A stretch of 64,000 bases of DNA, from positions 59,807 through 123,806 of the forward strand of contig DKQT01000018.1 of NCBI GenBank assembly GCA_002471845.1, given 5' to 3'. The notes under the pieces are model-generated. The model searched no databases. It was not told where the DNA came from and saw nothing but the letters and a program-made list of their open reading frames with translations. Both the position numbers and the translations under genes were made by a program. The stretch is from Fidelibacterota bacterium UBA7301. Lineage in GTDB: Bacteria > Fidelibacterota > Marinisomatia > Marinisomatales > TCS55. Positions 56,634 through 64,000 of the stretch are shown piece after piece (within the stretch, counting starts at the first letter, position 1; each line of letters opens with the position of its first letter).

Positions 56634-58367
56634 GTGATCCATCTCGCAATATCGGATAGCCATCTTTCATGTGCGCAGTGGTCGGAAAAAGATGGTCATC
56701 CGCTGCTCACTTCTTTTACTTATAAATCATTCCCAAGACCCATAAGCGTTTTTAATAACGCTGAAACCGAAATTATATCAGTGTTTAATGCGGGCTTGCA
56801 TTTAATCCGTGAAGATATTCCCTTTGAAGGAGATAAGGTATATGTAACCCTTCCCGATGATTTTTGTCAATCTGTTTCCGTTCCCATGGATACTGATATG
56901 ACTGAAAGTGACGGCTGGGAGTTTGGGCGTTGGAGTTTGAACCAGCGGTGGCATTCTGAAGATTCGTTTGAATATTTCGGCCGGCATTTTGCAGATCAAC
57001 CGCAATCCGTTTTTGTAATACGTGTTTCAACCATCTTCACTGAACCGATTAAACTGGCCATCCAGGAATTGGGTGGCGAAGCGGTTTGGATGGGAACAGA
57101 ATCCAGTGCTTTTTTCGGTTTAAGTCCCGAGGCAGGGTGTACCGTATTTCACCCGGGAAAAAACGGTTATCAATATTACCATTACTCCCCAGGTAATTTT
57201 TTACGCGGGTCAGCTAGATATTTGAAAAACCAATGGAAAATTCATCCTTTGGTTGGAAGTGGGTCTCTAGAAGATGTTTTCAGTGGTCAGTTAATTTTTG
57301 CAGGACAATTGTCGGAAAAAAGAAAAGCCCATTTCAAAAGTCGGGAAATCAAACAATTGACTGCTTTGGATGGCATAAAGGTTGAGGGGGATTTGATTCC
57401 AAAAGAAATCCGGGAAGAGGATCTTTATGTTTTAACCTCTATTGCCACCGGGAATATTGTAGGTGTTACGCTCAATTTTTTCTGGAGAACAGGGCTTCAA
57501 AAATATGAATTTGAAAAACCGATTGATGTAGTAAAACCCAAAACTGGATCGGCAAAACCTGATAAGAAAAGGAAGAAAACAGTAAAAAAGAAAACAAAAC
57601 AGCCCAAGAAAAAAATAAATTTGCTTCAACCGTTCCTGTATTTATTCTTCTTCACTACTATTGCTATCATGCTCACCTACGACCAAAAACCGGAATTATT
57701 TGATTCCATCTTGAAATTGAATATTAAAGAATTATTACTGGTTAAAAACCCTGATCCAGTGGTTGTGAAAGCGCCGCCTGTTAAGGTAAAGAAAATCCCG
57801 GAGGGCGTAGACCAGGTTCCAGGCTATTTGATTCAATCGCAAAGTTTACTGTCCACTGCGACCCGCACGATTGAATTATCTGGTACTAACAATATTCTTT
57901 TAATGTCCCTGAGCGACGGCAGGATGGATTTAGAATTGGTCGGGAGTAAAACAATGGCGACACCTATTGATTCTTTAGGTGATGTCCTAAACTATTCCCT
58001 ACGTCAAGTTAACGGCAATAATCAATTTCAACACGGCTATCTGGTGAATTATCCTTCCCGTGGCCCGGTTGATATCCACCCGGATTTAGCCATTGATGAG
58101 TTGCATTCATTTATTTCTGAAATAGATCAGTCATTCATCAAATCTCTCGAACCTATCGAGCGGGAAGATAAAATACAAATCCCCACGATTGTACAGATAA
58201 GGGGTGTTAAAAATATCAATCAATTATTAGGATATTTATCATCGACCGGTAAAAACCTGGCTATAGAAAAATTTGTATTCACCAACAACCTTGAGAACAC
58301 AAACCCATCTGCAGTTTTTTATATTTCCATATTTACCCAACCACAACCTAAACCCGTCAAGGAATAG
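56634..58367 (+). CDS. bitopic protein with GspL / PilM-PilN-PilO-like architecture (cytoplasmic domain, Lys-rich linker, TM, periplasmic domain)
   Basis: 577 aa from a GTG start. The ~290-aa N-terminal soluble domain begins IHLAISDSHLS (PilM-like start). It has a Lys-rich linker (KPDKKRKKTVKKKTKQPKKK), one TM (57618-57680), and a ~230-aa C-terminal domain. The assignment rests on architecture only. Confidence 0.4.
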   Translation: MIHLAISDSHLSCAQWSEKDGHPLLTSFTYKSFPRPISVFNNAETEIISVFNAGLHLIREDIPFEGDKVYVTLPDDFCQSVSVPMDTDMTESDGWEFGRWSLNQRWHSEDSFEYFGRHFADQPQSVFVIRVSTIFTEPIKLAIQELGGEAVWMGTESSAFFGLSPEAGCTVFHPGKNGYQYYHYSPGNFLRGSARYLKNQWKIHPLVGSGSLEDVFSGQLIFAGQLSEKRKAHFKSREIKQLTALDGIKVEGDLIPKEIREEDLYVLTSIATGNIVGVTLNFFWRTGLQKYEFEKPIDVVKPKTGSAKPDKKRKKTVKKKTKQPKKKINLLQPFLYLFFFTTIAIMLTYDQKPELFDSILKLNIKELLLVKNPDPVVVKAPPVKVKKIPEGVDQVPGYLIQSQSLLSTATRTIELSGTNNILLMSLSDGRMDLELVGSKTMATPIDSLGDVLNYSLRQVNGNNQFQHGYLVNYPSRGPVDIHPDLAIDELHSFISEIDQSFIKSLEPIEREDKIQIPTIVQIRGVKNINQLLGYLSSTGKNLAIEKFVFTNNLENTNPSAVFYISIFTQPQPKPVKE

Positions 58368-58370
58368 GAT

Positions 58371-58883
58371 TTGCAAATCCAGGCCGGTATTTACAAAGGC
58401 CGTCGGGTAAAAACGGTACGAAATGCACCTTATCGTCCAACAACATCTTTAGTACGCAAAAGCCTTTTTGATATTCTTGGAAATTTATCCGGATACCATG
58501 TACTGGATCTTTTTGCCGGATCAGGGATCATCGGGTTTGAGGCTGCCAGCCGCGGTGCTGAATCCGTGACTTTTGTGGATTCCAGTATGCGGGTTACATC
58601 CCTGTTAAAAATGAATGGATCTTTTTTTACCCAAACCAAAATTAATTATTTTAGAATGGATGCACTCAAATTCCTGGATAGTTGTGAAACCTACGATTTA
58701 ATTTTGGCTGACCCGCCATACCGATATCCTGATACGACAATGGTTATTGAAACAGGAATAAATCGGCTAAATGAAGGCATGTTTTTAATACTTGAATCTT
58801 CACCCAGGGAATACCCAATTTCACCTGCGAGAGTAAAGCTTTACGGCGACACACAATTAACATTTTGGAAAAAAGAGAAATGA
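58371..58883 (+). CDS. rsmD: 16S rRNA (guanine966-N2)-methyltransferase RsmD
   Basis: IQAGIYKGRRV, DLFAGSG and ADPPY motifs. TTG start. Confidence 0.85.
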   Translation: MQIQAGIYKGRRVKTVRNAPYRPTTSLVRKSLFDILGNLSGYHVLDLFAGSGIIGFEAASRGAESVTFVDSSMRVTSLLKMNGSFFTQTKINYFRMDALKFLDSCETYDLILADPPYRYPDTTMVIETGINRLNEGMFLILESSPREYPISPARVKLYGDTQLTFWKKEK

Positions 58884-59362
58884 GAAGCGTCATTTACCCG
58901 GGGACATTTGATCCCATCCACAGCGGCCACATTGATATTGCCGAAAGGGCTTCAACCCTTTTTGATAAGTTGATTTTTGCGGTAGCGGTAAACGCGGAAA
59001 AAAATACGTTATTCAATCCTAAAGAGAGGATTGAAATGATAATCGGTGCCACGGAACATATTCCTAATGTTGAGGCTTATTCCACTGATGGCCTGGTAGC
59101 TGATTTTGCCCGCAAACATAAAGCGATAGCCCTTATCCGCGGTTTGCGCCATGTTTCCGACTTTGAATTTGAATTCCAAATGGCAACCATGAACCATCAT
59201 TTAAATCCGGATGTTTCAACTTTGCTCATGGTAACTGCGGAAAACTATATTCATTTGAATTCCAGTGTGGTAAAGGATGTGGCGCGTCTCAAGGGCGATG
59301 TGTCGAAATTTGTATCGATCAATGTGTTGCAAAAATTGAAAGAAAAATATAGCTTGTCCTGA
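58880..59362 (+). CDS. coaD: pantetheine-phosphate adenylyltransferase
   Basis: YPGTFDPIHSGH and the RGLR..SDFEFE pattern. ATGA overlap with rsmD. Confidence 0.9.
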   Translation: MRSVIYPGTFDPIHSGHIDIAERASTLFDKLIFAVAVNAEKNTLFNPKERIEMIIGATEHIPNVEAYSTDGLVADFARKHKAIALIRGLRHVSDFEFEFQMATMNHHLNPDVSTLLMVTAENYIHLNSSVVKDVARLKGDVSKFVSINVLQKLKEKYSLS

Positions 59363-59451
59363 TTTATTTTACTTTCGCCCACTTTAGCGAACGCAATAAT
59401 TCTTCATATTCTTTAAATTCCACGTCTAATTTTTAGGGATTTACAATACTA

Positions 59452-59715
59452 ATGCCTACATACGACTATAAATGTCAACAGTGTGAACATACATTCGAAT
59501 ATTTTCAAGCTATGTCTGATGCACGGCTTGAAAATTGCCCTGAATGCGAGGGTAAAGTACGTCGTTTAGTCAGTGGTGGATCTGGGCTGATTTTTAAGGG
59601 GAGTGGATTTTACCTTACGGATTATGCCAAAAAGGATTCCCCCGGCAAGAGTAAAGATTTGCCTAAGCCTGAAAAGAAAAAGAAAAAACCCGAAAAAGAA
59701 AGTGCAAAACCATGA
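59452..59715 (+). CDS. FmdB-family zinc-ribbon protein with Lys-rich tail
   Basis: [13 protein letters not shown] ... CPECEG (CxxC..CxxC) and a [12 protein letters not shown] tail. Confidence 0.75.
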   Translation: MPTYDYKCQQCEHTFEYFQAMSDARLENCPECEGKVRRLVSGGSGLIFKGSGFYLTDYAKKDSPGKSKDLPKPEKKKKKPEKESAKP

Positions 59716-60944
59716 ATACCGTGAAGCGGGGTAAAAGAATTACTTTAAACGGCGGGCAGTTAAATGTCCCAAGCCATCCTATTGTACCGTTTATTGAAGG
59801 GGATGGAATTGGGCCGGATATTTGGCATGCATCCCAAATGGTATTTAATGCGGCTGTAGAAAAAGCCTATAATGGGGAAAAATCAATAGTTTGGCAAGAA
59901 GTATTGGCGGGTGAAAAAGCAAATGACACAACCGGTTCTTGGCTCCCGGAAGATACCCTTGATACGATACGGGAATATTTAATTGCCATTAAAGGTCCCT
60001 TGACTACACCGGTTGGTAGAGGTATTCGCTCCCTAAATGTAGCTTTAAGGCAAATCCTGGATCTCTATGCCTGTGTGCGCCCTGTGAGGTGGTTCCCTGG
60101 TGTGCCTTCTCCGGTAAAGAAACCCGAAGTGATTGATATGATCATTTTTCGTGAAAATACAGAAGATATTTATGCTGGAATCGAATGGATGCACGGCACA
60201 GAAGAAGTTGAAAAGGTGAAATCATTTCTAATAGATGAAATGGGAGTTACCAATATTCGTTTTCCTGACACTGCATCCATTGGAATAAAACCGGTTTCGC
60301 GTGAGGGAACTGAACGAATTGTAAAGGCGGCATTGGATTATGCTATTGCCCATAACCGAGATACACTTACCTTGGTTCACAAGGGCAATATCATGAAATT
60401 CACAGAGGGCAAATTCAAGGAATGGGGATACGATTTAGCCAAACGTGAATATGGATCCCAGGATTATAAAGGCGGCCCTTGGCAGGTCATTAAAAATAAT
60501 GGTAAACACCTTATTGTTAAGGATGTAATCGCCGATGCTTTCATGCAGCAGATATTACTCCGTCCAGGTGAATATGACGTTATCGCCACGCTGAATTTAA
60601 ATGGTGACTATATATCCGATGCATTAGCGGCAATTGTCGGTGGTATAGGTATTGCCCCGGGCGCCAACATCAATTATACCACCGGCAATGCTATCTTTGA
60701 AGCTACCCATGGTACAGCGCCTAAATATGCCGGCAGGGATATGGTCAATCCATCTTCTGTTATTTTGTCCGGTGTAATGATGCTGGAATATATGGGTTGG
60801 CAGGAAGCGGCTGACTTAATCGTTAAAGGAATTAAGGGTGCCATTGAGGCCAAAATGGTCACCTATGATTTTCACCGCCTGATGGACGGAGCAACCAAGG
60901 TCTCCTGTTCGGGATTTGGGGAAGCGATTATTGCTAATATGTAA
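59712..60944 (+). CDS. icd: NADP-dependent isocitrate dehydrogenase (homodimeric type)
   Basis: [21 protein letters not shown] and [12 protein letters not shown] are all intact. ATGA overlap with the zinc-ribbon gene. Confidence 0.92.
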   Translation: MNTVKRGKRITLNGGQLNVPSHPIVPFIEGDGIGPDIWHASQMVFNAAVEKAYNGEKSIVWQEVLAGEKANDTTGSWLPEDTLDTIREYLIAIKGPLTTPVGRGIRSLNVALRQILDLYACVRPVRWFPGVPSPVKKPEVIDMIIFRENTEDIYAGIEWMHGTEEVEKVKSFLIDEMGVTNIRFPDTASIGIKPVSREGTERIVKAALDYAIAHNRDTLTLVHKGNIMKFTEGKFKEWGYDLAKREYGSQDYKGGPWQVIKNNGKHLIVKDVIADAFMQQILLRPGEYDVIATLNLNGDYISDALAAIVGGIGIAPGANINYTTGNAIFEATHGTAPKYAGRDMVNPSSVILSGVMMLEYMGWQEAADLIVKGIKGAIEAKMVTYDFHRLMDGATKVSCSGFGEAIIANM

Positions 60945-60969
60945 TCCATCGGTTTGAATAATTCTGAGG

Positions 60970-60999
60970 AAAGGTGTGTAAATGTTTGCGCGCCTTTTT
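60970..60999 (+). terminator. hairpin AAAGGTG-N14-CGCCTTT followed by TTATT after icd
   Basis: 7-bp stem including one G-U pair, read directly, plus a T-rich tail. Ends 11 nt before the obg ATG. Confidence 0.35.
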
Positions 61000-61009
61000 A
61001 TTATCAATT

Positions 61010-61984
61010 ATGTTTATCGATTATACAAAAGTAGAACTCCACGCCGGTAAAGGTGGTCCGGGATGTGTTTCGTTCCGTCGGGAAAAGTTTGTCTCAAAAG
61101 GGGGCCCGGACGGGGGTGATGGCGGCCGTGGCGGAAATATCATTGCCCATGGGGATCCCAACCTCCATACGTTGCAGGATATACGTTATGCAAAGGTATA
61201 TAAAGCAAAAAACGGTGCTCCCGGATCCTCCAGTTTAAAAACAGGAAAAAATGGGGGGGATATCCTGATCAAAGTGCCTTTAGGTACTGTCATTCGCAAA
61301 ATTAAATCCGATGTTATTGTGGCAGATCTTGTAGAAAAAGGCCAGGAATTTATTCTTTGTAAAGGCGGCAAAGGCGGCAAAGGTAATGTGAATTATAAAT
61401 CATCAACCCACCAAGCACCAAGATATGCCCAACCAGGGCAGGAAGGTGGGTCAGGACAATTTGAGTTTGAACTCAAAATATTAGCGGATGTGGGTTTGGT
61501 TGGATTTCCAAATGCGGGTAAGTCCACCTTGTTATCCGTATTATCAAAGGCAAGGCCCAAAATTGCTGATTACCCATTTACCACTCTGGAACCTCACTTG
61601 GGTATCGTAAAATCAGGAGAATTTAGATCCTTCCTCATGGCCGATATTCCAGGATTGATTGAAGGCGCCAGCGATGGAAAAGGGCTGGGACACCAATTTT
61701 TACGTCATATTGAACGCAACCGACTTCTATTATTCCTAATTGATGGTACAGATGAAAACCCTGCCGCCTCCTTTACGGCCCTGAACAATGAACTCAATTC
61801 TTATAATAAAGCACTAATAATGAAACAGAAAATTTTAGTCCGGACCAAGGGCGATATTTTGAATAACATTGAACAGGAAAAATGGACCGCAATCCCGGAA
61901 TATTTAATGGAAATATCTGCCGTGACCGGCGAGGGAATTCAGGATTTAGTGAAGGAAATATCAAATCGGCTCGATGCGGCCTGA
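61010..61984 (+). CDS. obg: GTPase Obg/CgtA
   Basis: MFIDYTKVELHAGKGGPGCVSFRREKF, G1 GFPNAGKST and G3 DIPGLIEGA. The ATG at 61010 is preferred over 60974. Confidence 0.92.
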   Translation: MFIDYTKVELHAGKGGPGCVSFRREKFVSKGGPDGGDGGRGGNIIAHGDPNLHTLQDIRYAKVYKAKNGAPGSSSLKTGKNGGDILIKVPLGTVIRKIKSDVIVADLVEKGQEFILCKGGKGGKGNVNYKSSTHQAPRYAQPGQEGGSGQFEFELKILADVGLVGFPNAGKSTLLSVLSKARPKIADYPFTTLEPHLGIVKSGEFRSFLMADIPGLIEGASDGKGLGHQFLRHIERNRLLLFLIDGTDENPAASFTALNNELNSYNKALIMKQKILVRTKGDILNNIEQEKWTAIPEYLMEISAVTGEGIQDLVKEISNRLDAA

Positions 61985-63068
61985 CAAACAAATTCAGATC
62001 CTCAACTTGTTGAAGGTTAAAGGCTTGGGTCCTCAAAGGGTCCGTTTAATTGTATCCCATTTCGGGATGGATTCAGATATATTTTCACTTTCATCCGAAG
62101 AAATTTGCAGCGTACCGGGAATTAACCTAAAAATCGCCAAGGCCATTCATACATATTCAGATCCGGATTTTGGTAAACAGGAATTGGATCGGTCACAGAA
62201 AGTCGGTGCATCAATTACCACCTTCTGGGATGATGATTATCCCCAGCTGCTGAAAAAAATTTATGACCCGCCGGCTGTACTATTTGTGAAGGGACAACCT
62301 TTGGCAAAAGAGATGGACTGCCTAGGTGTGGTAGGTACACGGAATATCACTGCCTACGGTAAAAAAATCACCAATTCGATTGTTTCAGAATTGGTTTCTT
62401 TTGATTTAACCATTGTTAGCGGGCTGGCCAGGGGGGTGGATAGTTTTGCCCACCGGAAAACGTTGAATTCAGAGGGTGTGACCCTTGCCGTTTTGGGCAA
62501 TGGGATTGATTTTATATATCCTGCCGAGAATAAAAAACTAGCTGAACTGATATGCGAAAACGGAACCGTTATATCAGAATTCTCAATTGGAACCCAGCCT
62601 GATGCAGGGAACTTCCCTCAACGTAACAGGATTATCAGTGGTTTATGTCACGGGACAATCGTTGTAGAAGCAGGCAATCGCAGTGGCGCCATCCTGACGG
62701 CATTGAATGCCATTGACCAAAACAGAGAAGTCTTTGCTGTCCCTGGGCGGTTGACAGATAAGATGAGTGTCGGTTGTAACCGGTTAATCCGCAACGGTGC
62801 TATCCCCGTCGATTCAGGCACTCAGGTTTTAGACCATATTAAGCACCAATTATTTTCTCCTAGGCATTCTGTTCAACAAAAGATGAAACTGCATCTATCC
62901 AGGGAGGAACACGCCCTGGTTGATCTCCTTGAGGATGATCCAAAGCATATTGATGACATTGTTTCTTTAGGAAATCTGGAAATGACCCACGCCCTGACAA
63001 TGCTGCTGAAATTAGAATTAAAGGGGGCTGTGGTTCAACTGAGTGGTAAACAGTTTACCCGCGCTTAG
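61974..63068 (+). CDS. dprA: DNA-processing protein DprA (Smf)
   Basis: N-terminal SAM/HhH-like region, Rossmann-type core (VVGTRNITAYG, SGLARGVDSFAH, NFPQRNRIISGL) and a C-terminal wHTH. 11-nt overlap with obg. Confidence 0.9.
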   Translation: MRPDKQIQILNLLKVKGLGPQRVRLIVSHFGMDSDIFSLSSEEICSVPGINLKIAKAIHTYSDPDFGKQELDRSQKVGASITTFWDDDYPQLLKKIYDPPAVLFVKGQPLAKEMDCLGVVGTRNITAYGKKITNSIVSELVSFDLTIVSGLARGVDSFAHRKTLNSEGVTLAVLGNGIDFIYPAENKKLAELICENGTVISEFSIGTQPDAGNFPQRNRIISGLCHGTIVVEAGNRSGAILTALNAIDQNREVFAVPGRLTDKMSVGCNRLIRNGAIPVDSGTQVLDHIKHQLFSPRHSVQQKMKLHLSREEHALVDLLEDDPKHIDDIVSLGNLEMTHALTMLLKLELKGAVVQLSGKQFTRA

Positions 63069-63137
63069 AATACTTTGTGTTCGATTTGATATATCTATTA
63101 AATTTCTAGCTGTTATTTGAATAAATAAAAATGATTT

Positions 63138-63226
63138 GGAGGGGTGGCCGAGCGGCTTAAGGCGGCACCCTGCTAAGGTGTTTTAGGTGAAATATCCTAA
63201 CGTGGGTTCGAATCCCACCCCCTCCG
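63138..63226 (+). tRNA. tRNA-Ser (anticodon GCT), class II; CCA not encoded
   Basis: Folded by hand. Acceptor GGAGGGG/CCCCTCC, anticodon loop CTGCTAA, variable stem TTAGG/CCTAA, T-loop GGTTCGAATCC. Confidence 0.9.
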
Positions 63227-63399
63227 CTTAGCTACATTCGCAGAGCTCATTATGATGAGCAAGCCGGGTGTAGAAAATTTTAAATTTATGCCAATTAACC
63301 TCCTCGAAGGTCTCATACATGAAGGAGATGAATGCCCCACACTTGAATTTCCCCTCAGTTTGCATAATGATCATTGCTTAATTTGCCCGTCAATTTTCT

Positions 63400-64000
63400 A
63401 TGTCAAATCTATCCGTAAAAGTTCGTTTCGCACCCAGCCCCACCGGTGAACTTCATATTGGCGGTGTTCGCACTGCCTTATTCAACTGGCTTTTTGCCAA
63501 AAACCAGGGGGGAAAATTCTATCTGCGTATCGAAGATACTGATGCGGAACGATCAAAAGAAAAATATATAGATCAAATATTGGAATCCCTGGAATGGCTG
63601 GGTCTCCATTGGGACCAGCCCCTCTTTTACCAATCGCAACGGTTGGATGATTATAAATCGCGCTCAAAGGATTTGCTCAACACGGGCCGGGTTTACCGCT
63701 GTTTTTGCACCAAGGATGATTTACAGTCCGCCCGGGATGCGGGCCACTACATTTATCCGGGCACCTGCCGGAATTTAACAGATGACGCAATTAAAGTCCG
63801 ATTGAACCAGGGGCAGAATTTCACCTTCCGCTTCCGCGTATTAGAAGGGGAAACTATATACAAAGATTTAATTTATGGCCAAATTCATGTAGATCATAAA
63901 GAACTGGATGATTTTATCGTTGTTCGCTCTGATGGTTCTCCAACCTACAATTATGTGAATGTGATTGACGATCATGATATGGGCATTACCCATGTGATCC
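63400..64000 (+). CDS. gltX: glutamate--tRNA ligase, N-terminal part (3' end outside window)
   Basis: This ORF is not in the supplied track because it runs off the window. My translation reads MSNLSVKVRFAPSPTGELHIGGVRTALFNWLFAKNQGGKFYLRIEDTD...SDGSPTYNYVNVIDDHDMGITHVI, with a HIGH-type motif. Confidence 0.9.
   Translation, partial: MSNLSVKVRFAPSPTGELHIGGVRTALFNWLFAKNQGGKFYLRIEDTDAERSKEKYIDQILESLEWLGLHWDQPLFYQSQRLDDYKSRSKDLLNTGRVYRCFCTKDDLQSARDAGHYIYPGTCRNLTDDAIKVRLNQGQNFTFRFRVLEGETIYKDLIYGQIHVDHKELDDFIVVRSDGSPTYNYVNVIDDHDMGITHVI

Noticed and set aside
59650-59715. Lys-rich tails (FmdB-like protein here, linker in the 577-aa ORF at ~57530-57615, ABC ATPase tail at ~17750-17836) as a possible shared repeat.
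   Set aside because: They are low-complexity AAA/AAG runs in different proteins with no nucleotide-level repeat unit. They are most simply compositional features of an AT-leaning genome.
63252-63449. 65-aa ORF overlapping the gltX start.
   Set aside because: It is out of frame with the clearly recognisable gltX N-terminus, has no SD or motifs, and is probably spurious.
1-64000. Scan for CRISPR arrays, IS or transposase ends, prophage genes, rRNA, toxin-antitoxin pairs and classical defence systems.
   Set aside because: No periodic direct repeats, no transposase or integrase-like ORFs, and no restriction, abortive-infection or TA-like gene pairs were recognisable. The intergenic gaps are all at most 231 nt.

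Overview
The window is 64 kb of densely packed chromosome (about 60 CDS, 2 tRNAs) with no rRNA, CRISPR array, transposase, integrase or phage genes. From about 10.9 kb to the end every protein gene is on the + strand, and many neighbours share start/stop overlaps (ATGA, GTGA, TTGA, TAATG).

The gene content points to an uncultured, probably marine, member of the FCB superphylum that uses Shine-Dalgarno sites. This is inference from PorV/PorQ-type barrels, a T9SS C-terminal sorting domain, GWxTD, DUF5683-like and DUF4270-like neighbours, a TatT-type TRAP transporter, and SD sequences such as AAGGAG.

Most genes are housekeeping:
- ggt (partial), dipeptide epimerase, uvrC, a CBS-type PLP enzyme, fabG, hsp20
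- smpB, tyrS, trxA, trxB
- mreBCD-mrdA-rodA-cpoB
- glyA, bamD, nadD, ftsEX, hrcA-grpE-dnaJ, comEA
- rsmD, coaD, icd, obg, dprA, gltX (partial)

The best candidate for an undescribed system is the outer-membrane block at 40.9-49.6 kb:
- A PorV-like barrel comes first.
- Next is a 937-aa T9SS-sorted protein with an M6/InhA-like pattern in which every zinc and catalytic residue is substituted.
- It is overlapped by 1 nt by a 976-aa fusion of an intact HExxH gluzincin domain, a TolB/PD40-like propeller and a POTRA-less Omp85-type barrel.
- DUF5683-like and BamD genes follow.

Secondary candidates:
- A ComEA-linked pair made of a pilin-like helix protein without a canonical cleavage Gly, plus a GspL/PilMNO-like bitopic fusion.
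- A translationally coupled propeller / GWxTD / dead isocitrate-isopropylmalate-dehydrogenase-like trio.
- A GlgA N-domain-only protein followed by three envelope proteins.
- A degenerate orphan ABC ATPase next to a double-PspC protein.

All family assignments come from motif reading and recalled family signatures. No database search, HMM or structure prediction was run.
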